The notes beneath the pieces were generated by a model that saw only the letters and a program-made list of their open reading frames with translations, was not told where the DNA came from and searched no databases. A stretch of 64,000 bases of DNA from a virus. Each line of letters begins with the position of its first letter. Position 1 is the stretch's first letter. Of this stretch, positions 9,919-20,128 are shown piece by piece. The stretch lies in IMG/VR virus record IMGVR_UViG_3300020469_000023, positions 1-64,000 of that record; one strand, written 5' to 3'. The translations under genes and the position numbers were made by a program.

Positions 9919-10264
9919 GAGACTTTTTCTCCGTTATTTCACTACCGCATACATTATCTATGAGTCTCTTAACTCTTGCTCTTTCATCGTTTAGTAGATA
10001 AACAAGTCTCGACAATTCTTGAAATTTAATATCAAAGTTTTGTTCTTTTTCGTAAGTTCTTTTTTCGTCTTCAATAGTCCACAATAGGCCATTGATGTGT
10101 TTTAGTAAACTAAAAAGTCTATATGTTATTTCATTTCCATATCCTACAAAAGTTGGATTTAGTTTATCTAATTCAGTTTCTACGTCTAAACCTTTTTCTT
10201 TTTTTATTGCTAGTATTGATACTTTATCGAACAATTCACCAACACTTACTTGTATTTCAGGCAT
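9905..10264 (-). CDS. DUF6165-like protein
   Basis: VSVGELFDKVSILAIK, LWTIED, NDERARVKRLI. Confidence 0.75.
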   Translation of the reverse strand: MPEIQVSVGELFDKVSILAIKKEKGLDVETELDKLNPTFVGYGNEITYRLFSLLKHINGLLWTIEDEKRTYEKEQNFDIKFQELSRLVYLLNDERARVKRLIDNVCGSEITEKKSHDGI

Positions 10265-11033
10265 TATATATTTTTACTCCTCTCGCTTTTGCACGAACAA
10301 AGTGGTGAGAAATATATCCACCAGTTGTGTATAAATGTATGTCTTCTGGTTTGTGATATAGATTTGCCATATGTAAAAATCCACTATCGATACCAATGTG
10401 TCCATCTGCTTTTCCCATAGCATAACCTATCGTTTGTATACTATCATTCATATCTGGTATGCTGGCATTACCTCCAACAGTAACTATTTCATATCCTTGC
10501 TCTTTATATCTATTCTCAATCACGTTAATTTCTGCTTCTGGTATACTTCTACCGGGGTCGGTAGTGTCCCATTGAGCAGTTACAAATTTACTAGGAACAA
10601 ATACTGCATGTTCTTTTTTTACTTGAAGCAAAGGATAATCTTTAAGTAATAATTCTGAAATGTCTAGTGGTAAAGGTATCGATGTTGGTGGGTCATTTGG
10701 GTGCATTTCTACAGTATCTTTATAGTAATAAGTTTCTGCATCATAACCACTTTCTTTTAAATATGCTAACCATTCATTTTCTGGTAAGTCTTGAACATCA
10801 TGGTTTTTATATGTGACAGTATCAGGAAACAAACTAATGATTTCTGGCCATGATTGTTGCTTTCTTGGTTTATCATTTTTATCAGCAGTAAGATGTATTG
10901 TTACTTTGTCATCGTGTAATAAACTATAAAGATGTCCTAACAACACACTATGTATTCTATCACCAAGTCCTGGTGTAGTAAATGGTCTGTCACCATTTCG
11001 CATACTTTTAGACCTCAATGCTAAGTGTTTCAT
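10257..11033 (-). CDS. Putative GT-B glycosyltransferase (GT9-like)
   Basis: GLGD N-terminal motif; HIGIDSGFLHMA. Confidence 0.65.
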   Translation of the reverse strand: MKHLALRSKSMRNGDRPFTTPGLGDRIHSVLLGHLYSLLHDDKVTIHLTADKNDKPRKQQSWPEIISLFPDTVTYKNHDVQDLPENEWLAYLKESGYDAETYYYKDTVEMHPNDPPTSIPLPLDISELLLKDYPLLQVKKEHAVFVPSKFVTAQWDTTDPGRSIPEAEINVIENRYKEQGYEIVTVGGNASIPDMNDSIQTIGYAMGKADGHIGIDSGFLHMANLYHKPEDIHLYTTGGYISHHFVRAKARGVKIYNA

Positions 11034-11461
11034 AACGAATCAATGTATGCTTGTAAATTCTCCATGTCTTGAGTTGATAAGTTTGCGGCCTGTCCCCACA
11101 TTAAAGCGGATTGAGGACCTCGTGTCTCACCATTTTTATATTGTTGTAGCATTGAAACTATTGAAGTACTACCTGCTAATTTAGGGCCGATACCACCTTC
11201 TCCTGCTTGACCATGACACATTGCACAATTAACATAAGTCTTTGCACCTTTATCTGCTGGACTTTCTCCTTGCATTGCAACTCGTTTTGCTTCCATCTGC
11301 TCTGCAAACGTTCCATATTTCTTAGTATACTCTACATAACATTCTCCGAAACAACTGTGTATACGTGAATAGTCTTTAACATCTGCTGTTTGATATGCAC
11401 CATAAAGTAATCCTGAAATTCCTGTGACTGCAATTAGTATTGGTAAAAGTACTTCTTTCAT
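11030..11461 (-). CDS. Membrane-anchored monoheme cytochrome c (c553/c4-like)
   Basis: N-terminal TM, CAMCHG heme motif, GPKLAG, distal Met in SALM, LSTQDMENLQAYI. Confidence 0.9.
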   Translation of the reverse strand: MKEVLLPILIAVTGISGLLYGAYQTADVKDYSRIHSCFGECYVEYTKKYGTFAEQMEAKRVAMQGESPADKGAKTYVNCAMCHGQAGEGGIGPKLAGSTSIVSMLQQYKNGETRGPQSALMWGQAANLSTQDMENLQAYIDSL

Positions 11462-11462
11462 T

Positions 11463-12140
11463 TTATCTCTCCCATTTTACGTAAAGTCTTGCTCCATCGG
11501 GCATAACTTCTGTAACGTTATAATTATATTTATCAGCAAATTCAAATGACTTTGCCACTGTCCATGGATAAAAGTTTGGCATTGCTAATAAACCTTGTTT
11601 TCTTAAATCTTTTCTTGATTCATTTAAATCTTTACCTAATTGTCTAAGTGAGTTAGTCTCATATAATTTAGGACTTCTGACATAGACTTCTTTTAGTTTA
11701 CCAAAATGGTCTGCATTACCTGGATTTAATCTCCAGAAAATAGTAGACTTTTCTTTCATATGTAATACTAAGTTTTCTACTTGTTTTGATATCAAGTCTT
11801 CACTACCAAAGTTAATACTACCTAAACAAAGTGCAACATCGAATCTTTCATTCGATTTAAAATCTTCAATTGCAACAACTTCATCTGCACCAATATCTGT
11901 TATGTCAATACCATAGACATTATTAAGATACTGCTTCATTGGTTGTTCACCACAACCAACATCTAATACTTTAGCATCTTTATCAATTTGAGTAGATAAT
12001 CTTTCTGGTCTTGTCCAATTTATTCTCCACTCATAGTCTTCTTTTGGTTGTTGCTGTCTAGCAATATCTAACATTTTCTGAGTCTTTGGCCAAACATGAG
12101 TAAAATATTGTGTTAACTGTTCTCTTTCACTACTATCCAT
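11463..12140 (-). CDS. SAM-dependent methyltransferase
   Basis: VLDVGCG, FDVALCLGSINFG; start probably MDSSE. Confidence 0.8.
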   Translation of the reverse strand: MDSSEREQLTQYFTHVWPKTQKMLDIARQQQPKEDYEWRINWTRPERLSTQIDKDAKVLDVGCGEQPMKQYLNNVYGIDITDIGADEVVAIEDFKSNERFDVALCLGSINFGSEDLISKQVENLVLHMKEKSTIFWRLNPGNADHFGKLKEVYVRSPKLYETNSLRQLGKDLNESRKDLRKQGLLAMPNFYPWTVAKSFEFADKYNYNVTEVMPDGARLYVKWER

Positions 12141-12738
12141 TCTTTCTCCTGAATGATGTAAGTCCATTTGCAAATCCATGATTTACTTCACTATGATGCA
12201 TTTCATCTGCTCTTACTTTAATTATTAAATCAGATAGTTTTGCAGATTTCTTCATCTTATAATATTTGATTGCTAGTTCTGGTGCTGGTACGTTTTCTAC
12301 TTCTCCATTCTCTACCATTGCTAGATAATCAGTATAACTTCGTACTGCTTCTTCTTCGAAGTAACCAATCATTCGATGAGCAGTTTTATAATCTATCATG
12401 TATAAAAACATATAGAAAATAAAAAACATTGCTTGAGCAATTAACACTAAGTATCTTTCAAACCAATTAGGGTTTGCTATCTCAATAAAAAACATTAAAT
12501 GCATTCTTTCGTTTTCTGCTTCTGCTAACAGTTCACGAATATCTGGTCCATAACCTGTCTTCATCTTACGTAAACTCTTCATATGTAACCACATTCCACC
12601 AACCATCCCTGGCACGCCAGCAACTGTTTCCAGAACTACGGCACGATGTCCATATCGTTTAGCGAAAAAAGTGTCAGCAAAGAATCTAAAAAACTTTGTC
12701 ATTGACATTGCAAGTGTGTTTCTTATTTTTTCAACCAT
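12133..12738 (-). CDS. aox: Alternative oxidase (di-iron ubiquinol oxidase)
   Basis: LETVAGVPGMV, EAENERMHL, FEEEAVRSYT, RADEMHH: all AOX iron-ligand motifs present. Confidence 0.95.
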   Translation of the reverse strand: MVEKIRNTLAMSMTKFFRFFADTFFAKRYGHRAVVLETVAGVPGMVGGMWLHMKSLRKMKTGYGPDIRELLAEAENERMHLMFFIEIANPNWFERYLVLIAQAMFFIFYMFLYMIDYKTAHRMIGYFEEEAVRSYTDYLAMVENGEVENVPAPELAIKYYKMKKSAKLSDLIIKVRADEMHHSEVNHGFANGLTSFRRKNG

Positions 12739-13367
12739 AAGTATACCTTTGTATCGTTCTCTTCATAAAAATTATACTGTCCTTTAGTATGTGAAAATAT
12801 ATCATCAGGTCTACTTATATCTATATTATCACATAGTTCATACGGGTTGTTACATTTAGTTATATGCGATTTGTTATAATGTAAGAATCTTTGTATTTCT
12901 GCACATTGGTTTTCTATTTCTAGAAATAACATATCATCATCTACATAATGCTTATAGTTAGGATATTTAATATTCCAACCACCCGCTTCATGCCACCATT
13001 CAAAACAATCGACTGGTGAACGAGAGACTATTATAATAGGTTGAGCATATTTTGTCAAGTGTTCTAGTTGATATGCAAAGTCATGCGACTTGATTATCTT
13101 GATACCTTCACTATCTTTTTTAAATGGTTTATCCCATTCGTCTCGTTGAACACCATATTTTTGACCAGTGCCAAAGTATGTTGCAAAGTGATTTGGTTTC
13201 TTTTCATCATCTAGTTTATCATCTTTATTGAAATAGAATTCGTTCTTTTTTCGATAATCTGTTTGATTAATATCTGCAGAATAGTATATACCTTTAATAA
13301 CACCTGACCATCTGCTACCTGGGGCACCTGTTGCAAGTATGTAATCAAAGTTCTGGTGCCTTGTCAT
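12723..13367 (-). CDS. P-loop/sulfotransferase-like phage protein
   Basis: ATGAPGSRWSG, IIKSH, WWHEAGGWNIKYPNY. Confidence 0.55.
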   Translation of the reverse strand: MTRHQNFDYILATGAPGSRWSGVIKGIYYSADINQTDYRKKNEFYFNKDDKLDDEKKPNHFATYFGTGQKYGVQRDEWDKPFKKDSEGIKIIKSHDFAYQLEHLTKYAQPIIIVSRSPVDCFEWWHEAGGWNIKYPNYKHYVDDDMLFLEIENQCAEIQRFLHYNKSHITKCNNPYELCDNIDISRPDDIFSHTKGQYNFYEENDTKVYLWLKK

Positions 13368-13539
13368 CTTCTATTTTAAATTTTGCTATTTTATAATTAC
13401 CTTTTCGAACTGCTTTTTCAAAAAGAAAATCATACATCTTACCAGCACCTGCAGTTATGCCAATTTTATATCCATGATAATATGCACCTATTACTACAAT
13501 AGCATAAATAATTAATTGAATGAAAAGTGTATCTGTCAT
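13345..13539 (-). CDS. Small single-TM protein
   Basis: Hydrophobic N-terminus; GAGG SD. Confidence 0.6.
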   Translation of the reverse strand: MTDTLFIQLIIYAIVVIGAYYHGYKIGITAGAGKMYDFLFEKAVRKGNYKIAKFKIEDDKAPEL

Positions 13540-13540
13540 G

Positions 13541-14641
13541 TTAACCTCTTATTATCATGTCACCATAAGTTGGTATTTGTGGTTTAATTAAATCTTCTGG
13601 TATTTCTGTATAAATCAACTCTTCTTTATATACTGATTTTAAATCAAGTGCTTTTTGATTAAACTCTACTAGATTTTTAAGTGCATCTTCTGTAATAAAC
13701 GACATTAAAGTATCTCTCATACCATCGCCTTCGTCACCAATTACCCAATCGTAGTCACCTACCTTTTGCATAATTCTGTTTGTTGATTCAGGATTATTTG
13801 TCATTCTTCTTAATGCTTCGATAAGTTTATCTTTATTAGGATTACCAGCATTTACCCATAATGCTTTTTGCAAACCATCACGAAATGATTTTGTTAGTTT
13901 ATATGCATCATAGAATTCACCTTCTGGTGCTTTACCATATTTCTGTTCATAGAGTAATTCAAACTGAACATTTGGATAGTTGATATCATCTTCATGAAAA
14001 CCTAAGTCATTTAGTATACCATGAGTAAACCAAACTTCTGCTCCAGCAAATGATTCAACGTGTTTCTTGTATGCCGCTGGATTTTCTCTTGTAACGTTTA
14101 ACTCACCTCTTTTAAATGCAAGTCTACGTTCATTACCTTTCATGCCTTTAACCCAAGTCACATTGTCTCTAAAACAATCAATTGCTTGTTCAGTATCTTT
14201 AACACTTGGTTCACCACAAATTAACATACTCATTGCCATTGCCTCAGGTACTTGACCAGAACCAAATGCAAATTTTATTTTATCGTTGTTGTCTTTCAAT
14301 CTACCAACAATAATGTTTAGATTCATCAACCCAATTGATTCGTAGTCAGCATAATTATACTCGACATTCTCTTGTAGAAAAGACACACCATTACCACCAT
14401 GTGATACCATAATAGTTTTGTCATCGAATCTTAAGTTGTTATGAAACTTATTAAATCCACCAATACCTCTTGCACTCGGTATGTGAACTAATCTAATTTT
14501 TTCATCTAATTGTTTTTCAAGTTCTTTTGCAACAATAGATGCCCAGACAGATGTACCACCACCTACTTTTTGTGGTATCACCATTGTGTAATCTGCGAAT
14601 ACTGGTGCAGATACGAGCATTAATATTAAAAGTTTTTTCAT
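13541..14641 (-). CDS. tctC: Tripartite tricarboxylate transporter substrate-binding protein (TctC/Bug-like)
   Basis: Signal peptide, VIPQKVGGGTSVWA (P.x.GGG.D-like), LAFKRGE; adjacent to TctA. Confidence 0.75.
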   Translation of the reverse strand: MKKLLILMLVSAPVFADYTMVIPQKVGGGTSVWASIVAKELEKQLDEKIRLVHIPSARGIGGFNKFHNNLRFDDKTIMVSHGGNGVSFLQENVEYNYADYESIGLMNLNIIVGRLKDNNDKIKFAFGSGQVPEAMAMSMLICGEPSVKDTEQAIDCFRDNVTWVKGMKGNERRLAFKRGELNVTRENPAAYKKHVESFAGAEVWFTHGILNDLGFHEDDINYPNVQFELLYEQKYGKAPEGEFYDAYKLTKSFRDGLQKALWVNAGNPNKDKLIEALRRMTNNPESTNRIMQKVGDYDWVIGDEGDGMRDTLMSFITEDALKNLVEFNQKALDLKSVYKEELIYTEIPEDLIKPQIPTYGDMIIRG

Positions 14642-16080
14642 GTATACTCCATAATTGTTTTCTTATTTAGACCATATATAAGTACTGCCACTATTATAGT
14701 ACAAAGTATTATGAATAGTGGTCGTGTTATTAATGTATCTAAATTATATAACGTTGTCATTTGAATAGTTAATCCTTCAATTCTATCACTTAATATAAAC
14801 CCAATTAATAATGCGGGTCTACTAAATTTTCCATATTTACATATCAATCCAATAATACTCATGATTGCAAGTACTACGTAATCTTCCCAACCACCAGTAT
14901 ATTGAACTGCTGTCCATATTACTAATGCAGTAAGAGGTATTGCATAGTACACAAATGGTACTTTTGTAATCCTCGCAATCTGTTTATTACAAGATAAACA
15001 AATAAAACAGACGAGTATTGTAGCACAAAGAAATCCAAATGTCAAGTGAAAAATAAACTTTTCGTCTTCTAATAAGTCTGGTGTACCTAATTCAAAGTTT
15101 AGATAAGCGAATAATGCCATAAGCATTGCGGCATACTTCGCACCGGGTATACCAAATAACATTGTTGTTATCATTGATGTTGCTTTTTGAGAATTGTTTG
15201 CACCTTCAGGACCAATCACTCCTTTAATGTTACCTTTACCAAATGGGATTCTTTCGTTAGGGTTAGTTGCAACTGTCTGACCATATGCAATCCAATCTGC
15301 AATTGTACCACCAAGACCTGGTAATAAACCAATAACTGCACCAATAAATCCACCTCTAAGTGACAACCAACGATTTTTCCAGACTTCTATAAATGCTTCT
15401 TTTGTTTGTCCTGTTGTGTGTCCGAAAGTATAGTCTGTAAGTGCTTTGTTTCTCAACCCTGCAATAATTTCTGGTATTGCAAATAGACCAACTGCAACAG
15501 GTACAATTTGTACACTATCAGCGAGATAGTACCAACCAAAAGTAAATCTATCAGATGCATCATATGGATTAATACCAATCATGCCTAGAAAAATACCAAA
15601 TGCAAGTGCAATTAAACCACGTACCCACCATTTACTTGATATGAAAACAACAAAAGTAAATGCAAGAAGTGTAAATGCCCATAACTCTGGTATGCCCATA
15701 TATAAGACAATGTTTTTATAATATGGTATAAGTAAGAATGTTAAACAACCCCATATAAGTCCATTTACTGTTGATGAAATAATTGCAGACGATAATGCCA
15801 GATTTGCTTTACCTTGACGTGCAAGAGGATATCCATCAAGCATTGTTGTTGCGGCCGAGTTAGCACCAGGAATATTTAATAACACACTAGCATATGAATC
15901 ACCTGTTGTCGATGCGGCAACTAATGCCATGCAGAATAGTACTGCTAGATACGGGTCAGGAAAGAAATGTAAAAACGAAAATGTAATTACGAGACCAGTT
16001 GTAGCACCAGCAGTTGGAATTATACCTATTAGTAAACCATAGAACGTGCCTAATAATAGTACTGTAATTATCTCTAACAT
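14638..16080 (-). CDS. tctA: Tripartite tricarboxylate transporter permease TctA
   Basis: LLNIPG..SAATTMLDGYPLARQG, GLLPGLGG, GPEGANN, FGIPG; multi-TM. Confidence 0.92.
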   Translation of the reverse strand: MLEIITVLLLGTFYGLLIGIIPTAGATTGLVITFSFLHFFPDPYLAVLFCMALVAASTTGDSYASVLLNIPGANSAATTMLDGYPLARQGKANLALSSAIISSTVNGLIWGCLTFLLIPYYKNIVLYMGIPELWAFTLLAFTFVVFISSKWWVRGLIALAFGIFLGMIGINPYDASDRFTFGWYYLADSVQIVPVAVGLFAIPEIIAGLRNKALTDYTFGHTTGQTKEAFIEVWKNRWLSLRGGFIGAVIGLLPGLGGTIADWIAYGQTVATNPNERIPFGKGNIKGVIGPEGANNSQKATSMITTMLFGIPGAKYAAMLMALFAYLNFELGTPDLLEDEKFIFHLTFGFLCATILVCFICLSCNKQIARITKVPFVYYAIPLTALVIWTAVQYTGGWEDYVVLAIMSIIGLICKYGKFSRPALLIGFILSDRIEGLTIQMTTLYNLDTLITRPLFIILCTIIVAVLIYGLNKKTIMEYT

Positions 16081-16916
16081 AAGTCGATATCTAAAAAGAA
16101 CTTATCAAGTAGTTCTGTATTTTTTTTAAAATATTTTGCCGATTTGTTTTTGTGATTATCGAACTCTGTATTTGTATCTTTACCTTTAAGTAAATCATCA
16201 TATGAAACTACTTTGACTTCTGTGTACTGTTTTAACTCTGCAATGTTTGAGTCTAATATTTCGTATTCTTTTAATCCTATCGCATACGTTTTTGTTTGAT
16301 ACTCATGATGTAAATGATTTAAAAAATCTTCGGCATTCCAATTATATCTATCTGTATCTTTTAGTGCAAAATATTTTAATCCTACTGTCGATAGTGGGTC
16401 AAGAAATTCTGAAATAGATTTTACCATTCGTTGAAAATTATTCCATGATTGAATCTTTTCTTGATTGCTTGGTACACTCCAAAATATTTTTTCATATGCT
16501 CGTTGATTTCTATTTAACATCATCATCATAAAATATGGAGTCATATGATAACAAGAGTTTGCAGTTACTTTTTTAAAAAATACTAAATCATCAATATAGT
16601 CTTTTTGTCCAGTTGGATTAATTATATAAGTTATTGGACACTCACAATGATTTTTAAAAAACTCTATAGGTGAAAATCTTTTACCAAGTAAAATCGTGTT
16701 TTCATTCCAATTAGGAAAGTCACTAAACTTTACATGAAGTTTGTAATCATCAATTCGAAAAGAATTGGGACTACCAGCATATTCATTTGTTTTCGAACAT
16801 CTATTGTTATCTTTATTTTGTGTTCCTTCTACTGACCAATTATCATCTAATAATTCAGTAAAGTATGCCCCACCTGCACCAGATGGTGCCAGCATTGTAA
16901 AATTAATTGATTGCAT
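16074..16916 (-). CDS. Hypothetical protein, possibly P-loop/sulfotransferase-like
   Basis: N-terminal PSGAGGAYF; C-terminal VSYDDL. Confidence 0.45.
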   Translation of the reverse strand: MQSINFTMLAPSGAGGAYFTELLDDNWSVEGTQNKDNNRCSKTNEYAGSPNSFRIDDYKLHVKFSDFPNWNENTILLGKRFSPIEFFKNHCECPITYIINPTGQKDYIDDLVFFKKVTANSCYHMTPYFMMMMLNRNQRAYEKIFWSVPSNQEKIQSWNNFQRMVKSISEFLDPLSTVGLKYFALKDTDRYNWNAEDFLNHLHHEYQTKTYAIGLKEYEILDSNIAELKQYTEVKVVSYDDLLKGKDTNTEFDNHKNKSAKYFKKNTELLDKFFLDIDLC

Positions 16917-17691
16917 TCATTAACTCTTCAACGTTCTCGCCTTTGTTTGGTAGTTTGTCTTTTAAAAAGAAATGTACAAAATGACATTCATCTATTTGAT
17001 TGTTTGCAGTAAATAAACCATTCCATTTCCAATGCATCTTTTGTAAAGGTATGCGATACTTTTTAACAAAGTAGTTAAGTAATGTTTGGTCAGTTGACCA
17101 TTTCCATGCACCCACACCATCAACAAAATCTTTAAACTCAGTTCTCATAAGAAAGTCTTTTGGTGATTGCCCTTGTAAGTATGGTTTAAACTTTGTTGAA
17201 TTCAATACTATCATACCCATATTACAAAACTCAAACCCTAATTCATTTGGTCTAAAGTCTAATTCATTACAATGCAATTGTCCATATTGCATTTGTGAAT
17301 AATTAATTATCTTTCTTTTATACCAGTCATCAATAGGCATATCTCGTTCTATTACAGCACCAAAGGCCGCATCTTCACTTACTTCATCAAAGATATTGGG
17401 TGAATCTGGTCTAATATAAATGTCAGCATCAACAATAGCAATTTGGTCAAAGTCATCAATGTATTCAAATGCATTTTCTTTTTCATAAATTGGTAAGAAT
17501 CCACCATATTTCATATAAGATTCTTCACTTCGACCTGATGTGAATGGGTCAGGTTTAATAAACAGTTTAGGTGAATCAAAAACAAAATGTGTAATGTCAT
17601 GTTTAAGACAATATTGACGAACAGACTCAATACAATGCTCGTATAATTTTGATTGTGGTCCTACTGCGACTTGAAATATCATTCTATCCAT
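16903..17691 (-). CDS. Glycosyltransferase (GT-A, GT8-like)
   Basis: VDADI, NMG, DQTLLN, WKWN, FVHFF. Confidence 0.8.
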   Translation of the reverse strand: MDRMIFQVAVGPQSKLYEHCIESVRQYCLKHDITHFVFDSPKLFIKPDPFTSGRSEESYMKYGGFLPIYEKENAFEYIDDFDQIAIVDADIYIRPDSPNIFDEVSEDAAFGAVIERDMPIDDWYKRKIINYSQMQYGQLHCNELDFRPNELGFEFCNMGMIVLNSTKFKPYLQGQSPKDFLMRTEFKDFVDGVGAWKWSTDQTLLNYFVKKYRIPLQKMHWKWNGLFTANNQIDECHFVHFFLKDKLPNKGENVEELMNAIN

Positions 17692-17693
17692 AA

Positions 17694-18374
17694 TTAAAAT
17701 CCCCCTTGTCCGTGGTCAATTGTATTCCCAACTTTATGATTAATAATTGGTTTCGTGTAATTATACACGGATTCTTTTACTTTGTCAAGCGAATTATCAC
17801 ACTCTTTTTCTAATTTATATTTTAATAGTAAATCATCTGCAAACCCTTTAAAAACTACAGGTTGAAGCATTGTTAATAATTCTGTTGCTATTTTAGGTGT
17901 TAGTGTATATGCATGAGTAAAAGGAACTAATTTATTTCGATGTCCCCAATATGGGTGTAAAGTAAATCTGTTAGCATAATGTTTCCATTCTGATTCATTA
18001 TCATAATTACCAAATACATTTAATCCACGTTTTTCAAAGTCTAATGGGGCAACACATTCTACATCATGTTCAATAATCGCAATATCTTTATTTTCCATTG
18101 CACATTTAATCCATAATAATGAATGACTATACCAAGTTGCTTTTTCTGATTTATATAGAGGTCGACTTAGTAGTGCTTTATCATATTTGTTCAGCACTTC
18201 ATACTTATCAAATGTTAAATAGTCGTATTCATGTAGTGTATCACTCCATACACAATCAAACATATTAACATAATATCCAAATTTATCCCAACTAGGTAAA
18301 ACTAAATCAGTATAATATTTTGAAACTTTGTCTTTTGGATTCTGAATCATCCAAATGTTATCATCTATATTCAT
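17694..18374 (-). CDS. Glycosyltransferase family 25-like
   Basis: YSHSLLW, IIEHD, HAYTLTP. Confidence 0.65.
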   Translation of the reverse strand: MNIDDNIWMIQNPKDKVSKYYTDLVLPSWDKFGYYVNMFDCVWSDTLHEYDYLTFDKYEVLNKYDKALLSRPLYKSEKATWYSHSLLWIKCAMENKDIAIIEHDVECVAPLDFEKRGLNVFGNYDNESEWKHYANRFTLHPYWGHRNKLVPFTHAYTLTPKIATELLTMLQPVVFKGFADDLLLKYKLEKECDNSLDKVKESVYNYTKPIINHKVGNTIDHGQGGF

Positions 18375-19341
18375 TTAAATCAAACTCCGTACCATGCATT
18401 TTATATAAATCTCTTTCGTGGTTAGTCCAAACTAATACTTCGGGGTCATCTAATAAAAAATCACATGACTTGCAATAATCAGGGTAATTACCAGAAGTAT
18501 GATTACTTCTTAATTCTGTATATGCTGGTCCATTCCATATTTCTTCTATAGTGTTTTCACTTGTATGTCCTAAAACTGCTTCTTCGTCTCTACCTAAAAC
18601 TTGACAACATGGTGCAACAGCACCTTTCTTTCCGTCTAAACCGCCAGCACGTATAACGACATCAGGACTAAAAGGACGACCACAAGTTTTAATCTTACCT
18701 GTTCGTTTATCTTTATTATCATATACACCACTCCAGTTATGCATTCTCCATATCTCACTTTTTACACCGAGTTTTTTAACAAGTTCTTTATATCCTTCAA
18801 GTTCTTCTTCTTGATTATCATTATCAGTAATCAAATGATAAGTTGCGACAACACAATTGCTTCCTGATTCTTCTACGTAATCTTGCATTCGCATTATGTT
18901 TTCACATATCATATCAAAGTTACTGAAATGTGGTGGTGTTTTCTCTTGTATTCTATTATACATCCATTTTCTATATTGCTCTTGATTGTGTCCAATAAAA
19001 GAAAATCGATAGAAATCTAATCCAGCATCAACACATCTTTTCATGAATCTACCGAACATTCGATATCCATTTGAAAAACAAAATGCTTTTGCATTGTATT
19101 TCTTTACTATTTTTATATATTCATCTAAGTTCGCATTCAATGTGGGTTCACCACTACCTTCTAAGTTGACAACATTGAGTCCATGTTTTGCACAATCTCT
19201 GACATTATCTTCAAACTCTATAAGAGTCATTTTTTGTAAAAATCTTTTGTCACGTCCACCAGTTCGCATATCTTGTGGACACATAGAACATGAGTAATTA
19301 CACCCACCATTTACTTCTATTACTGCTCTATCAATCTTCAT
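18361..19341 (-). CDS. Radical SAM/SPASM-domain protein
   Basis: CNYSCSMC, GEPTL, C-terminal CGRPF...PCC...CKSC. Confidence 0.92.
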   Translation of the reverse strand: MKIDRAVIEVNGGCNYSCSMCPQDMRTGGRDKRFLQKMTLIEFEDNVRDCAKHGLNVVNLEGSGEPTLNANLDEYIKIVKKYNAKAFCFSNGYRMFGRFMKRCVDAGLDFYRFSFIGHNQEQYRKWMYNRIQEKTPPHFSNFDMICENIMRMQDYVEESGSNCVVATYHLITDNDNQEEELEGYKELVKKLGVKSEIWRMHNWSGVYDNKDKRTGKIKTCGRPFSPDVVIRAGGLDGKKGAVAPCCQVLGRDEEAVLGHTSENTIEEIWNGPAYTELRSNHTSGNYPDYCKSCDFLLDDPEVLVWTNHERDLYKMHGTEFDLNEYR

Positions 19342-20128
19342 AATACTTTACTAATGTCTTATGATATTTTTTTGCTCTATCTTGCACACCAGTTATTCTT
19401 GTTGGTAAGTCTGAGTTAAACCACTCTAAAAACTTTGGTCTGCTTGATAAGAGTTTTACTTGTGGTGTATTTGAAAATGTGACTTTTTCTGGCGATTGTA
19501 TTGCGATTGCTTTTGCAAAATTTCTTGCAATACCATGCCACATGCCTTCGTAACTTATAATATAGTCAGCATCTTTTATTAATCTAAATGCTTCTGCTAC
19601 TGGTGTTCGATAGGTAAGTTCTGTCACGTGACTTAATTTATCTAGTTCTGTTACAACATGATTCCAGTCTGCTTTAGTTAATTGTCTTTTCCAGACTTTT
19701 GGTGGTTCACTATTATGTCTTGGTGTCCAGATAACTGCAAAGTCTTTGTTAAAAGTTGGTTCTGGTAATTCTTTATATACCCAATCACGATATGGTCCGA
19801 TATCTACGTTAGGTCTATTGTCAGGAAATATCCATCGTGTTTTTGATTGATAGTCTTGTGTATATGGTATATCGTACTTGAATAAACTTGTATTGAAAAC
19901 ATGAGAAACTTTTACTCTGTCATTTTGATAATACTGTTTATGTAACCAAGACATTCTTTCAACAATAGTTTCTGGGTCACATTCATGCTCTTTGTAATCT
20001 TCGTCATGATTCCAGTGCATTTCTAATTCGACTAAGACATCGTGTGTACGAGAATAATTATGTGCAACATTTAATGCCATACAAACATCACCAACACCCC
20101 AGGTGCCTCTCCATTTAAATTGTTTCAA
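19331..20128 (-). CDS. Putative GT-B glycosyltransferase-like protein
   Basis: GVGD N-terminal motif; ISYEGMWHGIA. Confidence 0.55.
   Translation of the reverse strand: MKQFKWRGTWGVGDVCMALNVAHNYSRTHDVLVELEMHWNHDEDYKEHECDPETIVERMSWLHKQYYQNDRVKVSHVFNTSLFKYDIPYTQDYQSKTRWIFPDNRPNVDIGPYRDWVYKELPEPTFNKDFAVIWTPRHNSEPPKVWKRQLTKADWNHVVTELDKLSHVTELTYRTPVAEAFRLIKDADYIISYEGMWHGIARNFAKAIAIQSPEKVTFSNTPQVKLLSSRPKFLEWFNSDLPTRITGVQDRAKKYHKTLVKYYED

Noticed and set aside
11030-16080. Host chromosomal contamination (aox, cytochrome c, tctAC)
   Set aside because: These genes overlap or couple with phage-type neighbours and show similar base composition and codon habits
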